NCBI GenBank assembly: GCA_030141605.1
Contig: JAQGDQ010000676.1
Location: 50,609 to 114,608, forward strand
Length of the DNA stretch: 64,000 nucleotides
Source of the DNA: Tubiluchus corallicola
Lineage: Eukaryota > Animalia > Priapulida
Direction: 5' to 3'
Part shown: piece by piece, positions 23,961 through 38,200 of the stretch
How the letters are laid out: every line of letters starts with the position of its first letter
How positions within the stretch are numbered: the stretch's first letter is position 1
Translations under genes and position numbers: made by a program
Notes under the pieces: model-generated
What the model was told of the DNA's origin: nothing
Database searches by the model: none
The model's input: the letters and a program-made list of their open reading frames with translations, nothing else

Positions 23961-26208
23961 CTGCAGATGGCATCTCTCGACACCCGTCAATTTACTGTCT
24001 AGTCGTTTTTTTGTTACTCGAAATTGCCTTAAAGCGACGCTTTAACACACAATCTTGCTCTTGAAAACTTTCGTTCTTTTTTTTAGAAATTTAAATTTTC
24101 CATATCTGTACTTTAATTTTTTAAGTCCATTTTTAACAAACGTAAGACCACCATTTCCACCTAAAAAGCTCGATACAAGATGATACAAAGGATACGAGCG
24201 GTCAAATCTAGGTACATCAGTTTCATGCCTGTTTATTTTATGGTCATGCTAATATGTATGTGTGTGTGTGTAAAGTTTATGTAATACAAAGACACGGCTA
24301 CATACTCCTTACATACTTTAAGCTTTTTACCCTAAATTTTGTGAATTAAGAAACCACCTAGTATGTTTATTGTGTATCTACCAACCATTATAAACAATTT
24401 ATTGCAATATTTTCCATCTTAGTAAATATTTGAATAGTTGACTTACGTTCAATCACTACCCGTTCACCGACACGTAGCAATTGAATATTAATTACATTGT
24501 TAAATTATAGACATTTTCTTTTAATTCATTACTGTTATATTGTACTAACATTTTTACTAACTGCTGAAAAAATTAACGAATTATGCTTCCAGCTGTCTCT
24601 ATTGCTGTTGCTGACACTGCTTGTAACTCTCTGTTTTCCATCGCACTTCTTATCTGTGGAATAACAGAAAACTGCTTGCTAGAAAATCATAATTTCTTCC
24701 GGTTTCTAGAACAGCATGAACAGAAGGGCCTACCTATATAATTTGATTTGCTAGAGTTCAATTATGCTGAACCGTCTGCCTTAAGTAGCCACTGGCATTG
24801 GTTAGCCGATCCAAACATGAACACTTTTCCATGATTAAACCATGCACGAAGTTATTTTAATAGCAAAACAGTTTAACTACTTTAAAATGCCAAAGGTGAT
24901 TTATTAATTTATTAGTCACTTGTATGCTTGTTGGAGTAGACTATGCCTAAAAAACACAAGAAGATTTTCCATATAGTACCCCATTTTCAAGTACGGCAAA
25001 AAAGTATACATTTTAGCACAATTAATACCGCAAAAGCGTATCGGATAATTAAGCAACAGATTAAAAACTTAAACTAACATAATTTTAAACAGCAAAAACA
25101 TTCCACGAGCGTGTTGCACGTGTTTGCGAAAGCGAAAATTGAAGTACACTGCTTCTGTAAGATATTCAGTGTTGTACTAAAACTAGGCAAGTTTTAACAT
25201 TAAAATTTAAGTTTCAAATTTACCGCTGTGCTTAAGCATGAGCTGTTGAATGTGTGTAGTTCATCACAAACTAACATATTTGAACTGAGAGGTACAGCTG
25301 TGCAATGCTTTCCGAAATGCAGGCGCTAGTGCCCGTCTAGCTAGTGAAATGGCGAAATGCATGTAACAGTAAAGAACTAGTGACGTGAAATTACGTTTGT
25401 GTGATAAGAATTCTTTCACGTGAGTGATTCCTAAAAAAGTAGTCTGTTTCCTTTCAATATTTTAAAGACCAGCAGCTTAAGATTGGGCCCGGTTTAGCTT
25501 TAAACACAATCATTAACATTATATTCATGCAAAAAACTCATAGTACATTCTGTGCCGATAGTTTCAAAACTTTCAAACATTTGCGTTTTCGTTGACCATT
25601 AGGTTAATAGTGGTTTCTTATATAGACGCAGCTGTTAGCCATTTGAGACGTTTTCAAAACTAACGCTTGTGCTGGTATACTTGGTATATTACACCATCAA
25701 TGTATTCTGCGCTTATCATTATTAAGTGTTTTTATTAATATATTGGCCTCATATGAAGTGATGTTTTTTCAAAAATTCGCAAAAACTATACCATGTGCAT
25801 AACCTTTCCAAACACAATCGAAAGGTAAAAAAGTTGCGTACTAAGAACAAAGATTTTAAAGATATTTCTTACATTATAAAAATTGTAGACCGTTTGAGCC
25901 ATTGGGATAAAAACTGCAGAAGTTTTCGTTTATTTCTCACATATAATTGAGCTAAGGAACGTGATCTTATTGACATGCATGCCATAATTACTTGTATGCA
26001 TGCCCTTTTCAAACACATAAAAGTCGAAATACAAAAGAAAAAATGCACATAAGATAATAATTTATTAAGAACAAACATTTTAATGATATTGATTACATTA
26101 TAAAAATTGCAGATGACTTTCAGTGATTATGATCAAAAATACACATCATTATTTCCCACATTGAACTCGATTTTTGTGCAACAGATGGCGCAATCTGTGT
26201 ACAGCAGT

Positions 26209-29200
26209 TTAGCTAACAAGAGCTGCAAGAATTTTACCATACCATCCTGAAGTATCACCCTGAAACAGAGAAACAAAATGGCTGACAAGTAGCTAGTGCT
26301 GCATCCAATATACAAGTAAAATAAATATGTATAACAAGTTGAAAAACTGATGTTTTCAATAGAACGAAAGCAAATACAAACAAAAATATTGCTTTATTTC
26401 AATATAAAACTAGTACACCAATTACAAACGATATCAAACAAATTTAATAATAAATACAACTATGTAATACAAATTATATATATATATTAATTCTTTATTT
26501 GTCATTAAAATGGTTCACTCATTATAATAAAATTGAGTAAGCCTCAGCCTAATGTTAAAATAACAACACTGTTCAAGACAAATGCGTCCAGTGCATATTA
26601 AAAAAAACTAAAGTGCAAAACTAAGGCCTAATTATATATAACAAATGAACATATTTACAAGCACCATATTAAAATATTTTTACAAAACAATATTACAAAA
26701 GTACATTAAATTTTACATGACATATTTTACACTATTTATACATTTGACATTACAAAACTAACATAACACGTATTACATTACATAATTTTTTTTAAATGTT
26801 ACATTTTTAATCGTTTTGTGGAGTCAGGGGCGGGGGTAGATGAAAGTTGAGTCTGTGTAATTAGTATCAGATGCACAATGTGGAAGTTGAAACCTGTTAT
26901 GTAGATATTCTTTTAATTTCTTTTTAAAGTGGTGGAGAGATTCAAAGATAAATTCGAATGATAAAACATACTTTTTGATACAAAATTAATACAGATAATT
27001 AATAGCATCACAAACTAAAGGAAATTAGAACCTATGCTTGCATGCTTGCATGCTTGCATGATTGCATGCTTGCATGATTGCATGATTGCATGCTTGCATG
27101 ATTGCATGACCATCCATTGTACACGTATTTACATAACTTTTTTAAGACAATTAAAACACGCTGTGATTACAATTTTTAAAGCCAAAAAGCCTTATCAGAG
27201 TTGTGTGCACGCACAGTTGTTGTAGGACAATGGTTAGGTGTACCACAGCGGCACGTTTCAACTACAACCATCATGTGATATGTTACTAAAGCAAAGCTGT
27301 CTACTGCATCTGTTCAGTAACTATCACATGATATGTTACTGAAGCAAAGCTATCTGCTGCATCAGTTCAGTTGTTTTACGTGCACTTTACTTATGCATTA
27401 GTCTGCAAGTGATTTACTAGCAGGATCTTACCTTGGGAACAAGTAAAAATGAACTAGGTAAGGTTCCAGCTAGATGTTAAAACTGTTACTATTTCAACAA
27501 CATGAGCTGCGAGGCGTTGTCAAGTGTACACAACTGCGTTGTCTGGTACACTTAACCTTTGATCTTCTCACGATCATCATCAATCGTTGGAACTGTGAAA
27601 AGGCTCATCATGATGGCATTAATACGCACCTCAATAGCATGTTTCAGACCTACGCCGAAGTGCCGGAGATATTCCGCCCTTATTTGCAACATGTCTTTTT
27701 CACATCGAGTGATGACAAGACGAATCAAGCCGGTTGTAGCGTGTCCTTTTACCATCTCGTTAAATCTTCTGGCAAAGTAATAGTCTTTGTCTTTTAACAT
27801 CGTAACTGCAAAAATTCAATTTCTGAGAAAAAAGTATATTTAAGTTTCCGAGACGTCGCAGTGTGACTCACTATCCAGGCTAGGCCTCCAAGATGAGCCA
27901 TTGCACCAGCAGAGGAGTCTCAGCTACGTTTGGATGTGAACAACAATAACAATATTTTCATATTTCGCATTTATTAGTCTAAGTATACATATAATACAAA
28001 AAACAATTGATTTGAAATATAGTGACACTGCAGACAAACAAACAATTACTTTATAAAAATCGTTCGTGTTAGTTATTTTAGTTATTTAAATGAAAAGTTT
28101 GATGATTACTATTTAAAATAAATTGTCACTCATCTGGCTACATTTTCAATGATATCTTAATTACATAGTATATTGTTAATCATAAGAAACGTTTTCTCAA
28201 CATAATCAATAAATGTCTTGATTAATTTTTTCTAATATTGTTCACGAACATTGACATAAGCATAACTTCCCAGAAGACTTGTCTTTTCCTTTAATGACAA
28301 ACTCACTGTTGTTACATAAAAGAGCCAGCCTCTGTGAATCAACATGTTTATTGAGCAACATGTTTATTGAGCAACATGTTTATTGTTGGATCTCAGTAAG
28401 TATTCGGGAATAATTGAATAGAGTTTCCTGTTGTTTACTGTTTACAGTAACTGGACAGAAGAAAATTATTTAATTACTCTTGAATTTATATTTATATGGT
28501 ATTTTCATCATACTTTTTTGAATTTTGCATAGTGCTGCCACCTTCAGGTGTTTTTGTAAAAATTGTTTAATCTTTCTCTTTGCTGTTTAAATTTTCACTA
28601 ACGTTTACAGTCTTTAGGAATGCATAATCTCTAAACCTGTTTATGACATCTCACTGATTTCACCTGCAATTTTGGTCACTTGGTCACTTTTCAAACCAAA
28701 AGTTTGGTAGCAGGAGAGTAGTTTAATGAATGGCGATCGTTTCGGTTGTTGAAGCCATTATCAAACTATAAATCAAGTCAAAAGAAGAATAAATAATACA
28801 TTAATGACACAAAGGCACAAAATGAAACTACAAAACAACAGAATAGAATTTAACTGATCAAAATAAACGAGGTTGAAATGGAAGAAATCGTAGAGAAATG
28901 AACAAAATTATATGCTAGGTAAATTTTTCTCTCAATTTCTTCCGTTTCAACCTCGTTTATTTTGATCAGTTAAATTCTATTCTGTTATTTTGTAGTTTCA
29001 TTTTGTGCCTTTGTGTCATTAATGTATTATTTATTCTTCTTTTGACTTGATTTATAGTTTGATAATGGCTTCAACAACCGAAACGATCGCCATTCATTAA
29101 ACTACTCTCCTGCTACCAAACTTTTGGTTTGAAAAGTGACCAAGTGACCAAAATTGCAGGTGAAATCAGTGAGATGTCATAAACAGGTTTAGAGATTATG

Positions 29201-32200
29201 CATTCCTAAAGACCGTAAACGTTAGTGAAAATTTAAACAGCAAAGAGAAAGATTAAACAATTTTTACAAAAACACCTGAAGGTGGCAGCACTATGCAAAA
29301 TTCAAAAAAGTATGATGAAAATACCATATAAATTTAAATTCAAGAGTAATTAAATAATTTTCTTCTGTCCAGTTACTGTAAACAGTAAACAATAGGAAAC
29401 TCCGTTGATTTATTTCTGAATACTCAGATCCAACTGTGCTAGCCGGTAGTCGTAATCATCAGCGGTTTCTCTTTTGACCACGTCTTCAATTAGCTCATTT
29501 GTAAGAGAAACTCTATTGATTTATTACGGAATACTTACCAAGATCCAACTGTGCTAGCCGGTAGTCGTAATCGTTAGCCGTTTCTCTTTTGACCACGTCT
29601 TCAATTAGCTCGTTTGTAAGAGAAACTCTATTGAATTATTTCTGAATACTTACCAAGATCCAACTGTGCTAGCCGGTAGTCGTAATCGTTAGCCGTTTCT
29701 CTTTTGACCACGTCTTCAATTAGCTCATTTGTAAGAGAAACTCTATTGAATTATTTCTGAATACTTACCGAGATCTAACAGCGCTAGCCGGTAGTCATAA
29801 TCATCAGCCGTTTCTCATTTGACCATGACTTCAATTAGCTCGTTTGTAAGAGAAACTCTACTGATTTATTTCTGAATACTCAGATCCAACAGCACTAGCC
29901 GGTGGTCATATTCATCAGCCGTTTCTCTTTTGACCACGTCGTCAATTAGCTCGTTTGTAAGAGAAACTCTATTGATTTATTACGGAATACTTACCAAGAT
30001 CCAACAGCGCTAGCCGGTAGTCGTAATCGTTAGCCGTTTCTCTTTTGACCACGTCGTCAATTAGCTCGTTTGTAAGAGAAACTCTATTGATTTATTACGG
30101 AATACTTACCAAGATCCAACAGCGCTCGCCGATAGTCATAATCGTTAGCCGTTTCTCTTTTGACCACGTCGTCAATTAGCTCGTTTGTAAGAGAAACTCT
30201 ATTGATTTATTACGGAATACTTACCAAGATCCAACAGCGCTAGCCAGTAGTCGTAATCGTTAGCCGTTTCTCTTTTGACCACGTCGTCAATTAGCTCGTT
30301 TGTAAGAGAAACTCTATTGATTTATTACGGAATACTTACCAAGATCCAACTGTGCTAGCCGGTAGTCATATTCATCAGCCGTTTCTCTTTTGACCACGTC
30401 TTCAATTAGCTCGTTTGTAAGAGAAACTCTATTGAATTATTTCTGAATACTTACCAAGATCCAACTGTGCTAGCCGGTAGTCGTAATCGTTAGCCGTTTC
30501 TCTTTTGACCACGTCTTCAATTAGCTCGTTTGTAAGAGAAACTCTATTGAATTATTTCTGAATACTTACCGAGATCTAACAGCGCTAGCCGGTAGTCATA
30601 ATCATCAGCCGTTTCTCATTTGACCATGACTTCAATTAGCTCATTTGTAAGAGAAACTCTATTGATTTATTTCTGAATACTCAGATCCAACAGCGCTAGC
30701 CGGTAGTCATATTCATCAGCCGTTTCTCTTTTGACCACGTCGTCAATTAGCTCATTTGTAAGAGAAACTCTATTGATTTATTTCTGAATACTTACCAAGA
30801 TCCAACAGCGCTAGCCGGTAGTCGTAATCGTTAGCCGTTTCTCTTTTGACCACGTCGTCAGTTAGCTCGTTTGTAAGAGAAACTCTATTGATTTATTACG
30901 GAATACTTACCAAGATCCAACAGCGCTCGCTGGTAGTCATAATCGTTAGCCGTTTCTCTTTTGACCACGTCTTCAATTAGCTCGTTTGTAAGAGAAACTC
31001 TATTGAATTATTTCTGAATACTTACCAAGATCTAACAGCGCTAGCCGGTAGTCATATTCATCAGCCGTTTCTCTTTTGACCACGTCTTCAATTAGCTCGT
31101 TTGTAAGAGAAACTCTATTGAATTATTTCTGAATACTTACCAAGATCCAACTGTGCTAGCCGGTAGTCGTAATCGTTAGCCGTTTCTCTTTTGACCACGT
31201 CTTCAATTAGCTCGTTTGTAAGAGAAACTCTATTGAATTATTACGGAATACTTACCAAGATCCAACAGCGCTCGCTGATAGTCGTAATCGTTAGCCGTTT
31301 CTCTTTTGACCACGTCTTCAATTAGCTCGTTTGTAAGAGAAACTCTATTGAATTATTACGGAATACTTACCAAGATCCAACAGCGCTCGCTGATAGTCAT
31401 AATCGTTAGCCGTTTCTCTTTTGACCACGTCTTCAATTAGCTCGTTTGTAAGAGAAACTCTATTGAATTATTACGGAATACTTACCAAGATCCAACAGCG
31501 CTAGCTGATAGTCATAATCGTTAGCCGTTTCTCTTTTGACTACGACTTCAATTAGCTCGTTTGTAAGAGAAACTCTATTGATTTATTACGGAATACTCAG
31601 ATCCAACAGCGCTAGCCGGTGGTCATATTCATCAGCCGTTTCTCTTTTGACCACGTCTTCAATTAGCTCGTTTGTAAGAGAAACTCTATTGATTTATTTC
31701 TGAATACTTACCGAGATCCAACAGCGCTCGCTGATAGTCATAATCGTTAGCCGTTTCTCTTTTGACCACGTCTTCAATTAGCTCGTTTGTAAGAAACTCG
31801 TATTCCACGATAACATTGTGCATGTGTGCAAAAGTGCGGACGGCAAAGAGCTTGTCGAACGCCCCCGCCACACCCTCCTCCTGCAACTTTCTAGCATCCT
31901 CTTGTTCTGTTTTGATGTTCATCTTTATAGATGGGTCTCTCTTAGCCTGAAAAGTGTTTTAAGTAAAAGAGGATCCCAAACCCCAAATCTTACCCCACTT
32001 TGAAGTATGGTAAAAAGTACTTGTGAAAGTCATTTTTGAAGTTGTTGTTCAGTCACTTTGTTATGATTGAGTTTAGACACACAGATAAGTATGAATAGGA
32101 ACCAAAATTTTCGAATCGGGCCCACCGGGAGGAACGGGGGGTGAAAAACCTCCAAAAATGGCCCTTTTTCGGCCGTTTTTTGCAAAGTTACACGGCTGAG

Positions 32201-35200
32201 ATGTAGAGAACGGGAACGGGCCGAGGGGGGTACTGGGTATGGATAGATAGCCCGCTCAGCGGTGGGTGTAGTAGTCTATAATAAATATAACAGAAGTGTT
32301 TATTGAACTACAGAAAACATGAGTAGCAAAACTGCTGCACTGAACATTTAGCAAAAACTAGAAAGCAAAAACAGTCAGTAAAACCTGTTTCACAGCCAGT
32401 ATACAGGTATTGAATTTGACCTATGCAGAGTTGCACAGGCTTCACAACAACCATTAATTTAACATAGGGAGAGATTGGTTCGACGGCCGTTTTAAAATTA
32501 CAATAACCTGTTGTAACTAGTACCTGTACTTACTGTAATCAATGTGATAAGTAATTTTTGCAAACCCTTCGATGTATCACCCTTGATAGCATCTATTAGC
32601 GTTTCACCTAAAAGAAAATACAAAATTTAGGCAAAACTTATTCCACGCAAGTGTCAGTTAAAAGACAAGAAAAACCTCATTACAAACGATGCTAAAAACT
32701 TACGTGCTGTCTTAGAGCTCGTTTTGGCAACAATGCTGTATAGTTTGAAAAATTAAACTTCTGCAATGACCGGCGGTAGGTGCAGCCATTTTTACAGCTT
32801 CAAGCAAGTTTAGATAACATTGCGTAAAGTTTCAAAAAATAATAAAAAAAATAATCAGAGCATTTGTAGCACACTCTTCACTAACTAAGCGAAAGTTTAA
32901 ATTACTTTATATTGTTAATAAGATTAAAAATACGTTTTAAGTGATTCACTGGAAAGGTATAATGGGTGACATTTTACCGGTTGGTGCAAAAATTTTAAAT
33001 TACTAAGAATTTTGTTGTCTAGTTACATGAGTCTTTCAAGTAGTTGCATCATTTGTCGTTGTATTATATAAATCCAGATCAAGTTTATAAAATTAAATTA
33101 CATCAACAGCATGTAAACGCTTAGCAGCGCACGGCAGCCATGATCCAGTCACATGGTCAAAAATATGGTTAGTCCAAAGCGACAATTTAAATGTAAAATC
33201 ACTGTGAGGTAAAAGGTTCACAGCCTAAACAGTAAGTTTAATCCTAAGTGATATAGCTATCGTGCAAGCATTGAAAGTTTAAAAAGACGATTTTGTTAAC
33301 TGGATCACCTTCGCAAAGAATTAGTTTCGGCGCATGGTCAATTATTATGAAAGCATTGACATCACTGCATTGCAGTTTAATGATGAAAGCACTGACGTCA
33401 TTGCAGTTTCACGATGAAAACAGTGACGTCATTGCCATTTAATGTAAAAAGCTGTGACATAATTCAGGTTTAACGATAAAGGTTGTGGGTTGTGGCATCA
33501 TTCCAGTTTAGTGATGAAGCTGTGACGTCACTGCAGTTTTACGGTGAAAACTGTGACGTCACTGTAGTTTCTGGAGCACATTTTTGCATGAATCAAAAAA
33601 GGAAATGTTATTGTTGTGGTAGCTATCAGGTTAGCACTGGCTTTTCAGAACCATCTTAGATCCATCTCTATCGCCATCTAGCGGCCACAGTAGCTCATTT
33701 CTCTCTCACAAACTAACCTTTAAATTCACAACTTTAGGCAAACCTCGTCAGATGATTACAAATGATCACATATTTATTTTGGTACCCGAGACTCTTTGGA
33801 ACACCACAGAGCTGAAAATGGGTTATTCGGTAATGGGTCCATGTCACACTCCACTTAGTGACCCTTTCCAACTCTGACTTACCATATTTGTTATGCTTCG
33901 GGTATTCTTTCACCATAGCTTGCCGTTCTTCAAAAGATCTTGTGCACAGGATTTCAATCAACGTTGCCTCGTCTGTCCCTGCACCCTGTAAAAAAACAGA
34001 AAAGAGATTCTAAGATATCTGTGTCAGTTCGTTAAATTTCGTTACCAAACTGTTTAAATTTTCGTGCATATCCAAAAGTTGACGCAGAATAAAGTACGCA
34101 AAGTTGACATACTACAAGTCTACAAGCATGCAAAGTTAACCTACTACAAGCATGCAAACTTAACGTACTACAAGCACGCAAAGTTAACGTACTACAGGCA
34201 AGCAAAGTTAACCTACTACAAGCATGCAAAGTTAACGTACTACAATCATGCGAAGTTAACGTACTACAAGCATGCAAAGTTAACGTACTACAAGCATGCA
34301 AAGTTAACGTACTACAAGAACGCAAAGTTAACCTACTACAAGCATGCAAAGTTAACGTACTACAAGCATACAAAGTTAACGTACTGCAAGCACGCAAAGT
34401 TAACCTACTACAAGCATGCAAAGTTAACCTACTATAAGCATGCAAAGTTAACGTACTACAAGCATGCAAAGTTAACGTACTGCAAGCACGCAAAGTTAAC
34501 CTACTACAAGCATGCAAAGTTAACGTACTACAAGCACACAAAGTTAACGTACTACAAGCATGCAAAGTTAACGTACTATACGCATGCAAAGTTAACGTAC
34601 TACAAGCATGCAAAATTAACGTACCACAAAAGCATGCAAAGTTAAGTACTACAAGCATGCAAAGATAACGTACTACAAGCATGCAAAGTTAACGTACTAC
34701 AAACATGCAAAGTTAACGTATTACAAACATGCAAAGATAACGTACTACAAGCATGCAAAGTTAACGTACTACAAACATGCAAAGTTAACGTACTACAAGC
34801 ATGCAAAGTCAATGTACAACAAGCATGGAAAGTTAACATACTACAAGCATGCAAACTTAACGTACTACAAGCATGCAAAGTTAACGTACTGCAAGCACGC
34901 AAAGTTAACCTACTACAAGCATGCAAAGTTAACGTACTAGAAGCACACAAAGTTAACGTACTACAAGCATGCAAAGTTAACGTACTATACGCATGCAAAG
35001 TTAACGTACTACAAGCATGCAAAATTAACGTACCACAAAAGCATGCAAAGTTAAGTACTACAAGTATGCAAAGTTAACGTACGACAAATATGCAAAGTTA
35101 ACGTACTACAAATATGCAAAGTTAACGTACTACAAACATGCAAAGATAACGTACTACAAGCATGCCAGGTTAACGTACTACAAACATGCAAAGTCAATGT

Positions 35201-38200
35201 ACAACAAGCATGGAAAGTTAACATACTACAAGCATGCAAAGTTAACGTACTACAAGCATGGAAAGTTAACATACTACAAGCATGCAAAGTTAACGTACTA
35301 CAAGCAGGCAAAGATAACGTACTACAAGCATGCAAAGTTAACGTACTACAAACATGCAAAGTTAACGTACTACAAGCATGCAAAGTTAACGTACTACAAG
35401 CACACAAAGTTAACGTACTACAAGCATGCAAAGTTAACGTACTACAAGCAGGCAAAGATAACGTACTAGAAGCATGCAAAGTTAACGTACTACAAGCAGG
35501 CAAAGATAACGTACTACAAGCATGCAAAGTTAACGTACTACAAACATGCAAAGTTAACGTACAACAAGCATGCAAAGTTAACGTACTACAAGCACGCAAA
35601 GTTAACGTACTACAAGCATGCAAAGTTAACGTACTACAAGCAGGCAAAGATAACGTACAACAAGCATGCAAAGTTAACGTACTACAAACATGCAAAGTTA
35701 ACGTACAACAAGCATGCAAATTTAACGTACTACAAGCACGCAAAGTTAACGTACTACAAACATGCAAAGTTAACGTACTACAAGCAGGCAAAGATAACGT
35801 ACTACAAGCATGCAAAGTTAACGTACTACAAGCATGCAAAGTTAACGTACTACAAGCATGCAAAGTTAACGTACTACAAGCATGCAAAGTTAACGTACTA
35901 CAAGCATGCAAAGTTAACGTACTACAAGCATGCAAAGTTAACGTACTACAAGCAGGCAAAGATAACGTACTACAAGCATGCAAAGTTAACATACTACAAA
36001 CATGCAAAGTTAACGTACTACAAGCATGCAAAGTTAACGTACTACAAGCAGGCAAAGATAACGTACTACAAGCATGCAAAGTTAACGCACTACAAGCATG
36101 CAAAGTTAACGTACTGCAAGCATGCAAAGTTAACGTACAACAAGCATGCAAAATTAACGTACAACAAGCATGCAAAGTTAACGTACAACAAGCATGCAAA
36201 GTTAACGCACTACAAACATGCAAAGATAACGCACTACAAGCATGCAAAGTTAACGTACTGCAAGCATGCAAAGTTAACGTACAACAAGCATGCAAAGTTA
36301 ACGTACAACAAGCATGCAAAGTTAACGTACAACAAGCATGCAAAGTTAACGTACTACAAGCATGCAAAGTTAACGTACTACAAGCATGCAAAGTTAACGT
36401 ACTACAAGCACGCAAAGTTGACGTACTACAAGCTCGCAAAGTTGACATACTACAAACATGCAAAGTTAACGTACTACAAGCACGCAAAGTTGACATACTA
36501 CAAACATGCAAAGTTAACGTACTACAAGCATGCAAAGTTAACCTACTACAAGCATGCAAAGTTAACGTACTACAAGCACGCAAAGTTGACATACTACAAG
36601 CATGCAAAGTTAACGTACTACAAGCATGCAAAGTTAACGTACTACAAGCACGCAAAGTTAACGTACTACAAGCATGCAAAGTTAACGTACTACAAGCATG
36701 CAAAGTTAACGTACTACAAGCACGCAAAGTTGACGTACTACAAGCACGCAAAATTGACATACTACAAACATGCAAAGTTAACGTACTACAAGCACGCAAA
36801 GTTGACGTACTACAAGCACGCAAAGTTGACATACTACAAACATGCAAAGTTAACGTACTACAAACATGCAAAGTTAACGTACTGCCATTGCATTGAATAG
36901 ACATTCTATATCGTATTGTCGTGGAGGTTTCATCAAACCATCAATGACGATATTCATGTGTAATTCGCCCATGTCTAGAAATGCTGTACTTAACCAAAAT
37001 GCGAGGTCCTGAAATGAAGGGAAAAAAGCTTTTCTTTTCATTTATAAACTGGGTATAATTGACAGACTAATTGAACTTGTTGGCGAGGCTGCAATGTACT
37101 GAGCATTTACATCGGAAAAGATATTATGCAGGCTGACATGACAGCTGATATATATATACCAGTCTGCATAATACCAGAATATATACACACACATGTATGT
37201 GTATACGTGTGTGTGTGCGTGCGCATGCGTGCGTGTATGTGTGTGTGTGTATGTGCGTGCGTGCGTGTGTGAGTAGGTGTGTATTTCATGTCAGCCTGCA
37301 TACTAATTTGCATATATTGTAGATGGCACTAAAGGTGCTGTTGCACCAGTACAGTGAAAATGGTGGCGACACCTACATATAAAACGAGCTGTTGCAGTGG
37401 TAGGGTGGCGACACCTACAAGCAAAAAGGGGTGCTTTTGCACTGTTGCAGTGACATTGCAGCGACGCCTGCAAGCAAAAAGGGGTGCTATTGCACTGTTG
37501 CAGCGAATACAATGGTGACTCCTAGAAGCAAAATGAGGTACTATTGCACTGTTGCAGCAAATACAGTGGTGACACCTACAAGCAAAACGAGGTGCTATTT
37601 CACTATTGCAGCTGGTATGGCAGCGACATCAACAAGTAAAATGAGCTGTTACTACACTATTGCAGCAAGTGTGATGAAGACACCTACAAGTGAAATAAGG
37701 TGCTATTACACTACTGCAGCAAATACGGTGGTGCCACCTACAAGTAAAATGAGGTGCTATTATGCCATTGCAGCAAATACGGTGGCAATACCTACAAGTG
37801 AAAGAGGCGCTATTACACTGTTACCACGAATATGGTGGCGACACCTACAAGTAAAATGAGATGCAGCGTACATGGTGGCAACACCTCCAAGAAAAATGAG
37901 GTGCTATTTCACTGTTGCAGCGAGTATGGTGGCGACACCTACCTCTTTGTACCTCTTGCTAAAGGCTTCGTTGATTAGCAGCCGTTGTTCGTTTGTTCTG
38001 TTTGTGAGCACGTTAATAACTGCGTCTTCATCGGTACCTAGAAAAAGTATTAATAAATTCATATCATCAGTTTTCTAGTTGTCTGTCTGCACATGAGGTG
38101 ACCTGTAAAGTGACGTATCAAAATATTGGGATGTGCTTGCTCACCTACAAGTAAAATGAGGTGCCGTTACACACCGTTGCAAGCATATGGTAGCAACACC

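Noticed and set aside
29397-31798. CRISPR-like regular array or mutually exclusive exon cluster
   Set aside because: No unique spacers and a eukaryotic context; units lack usable acceptors and carry in-frame stops.
34032-36904. Long ORFs of (CSTLTLHA)n / (YYKHAKLT)n
   Set aside because: Translations of a 24-bp intronic minisatellite; no independent gene structure.
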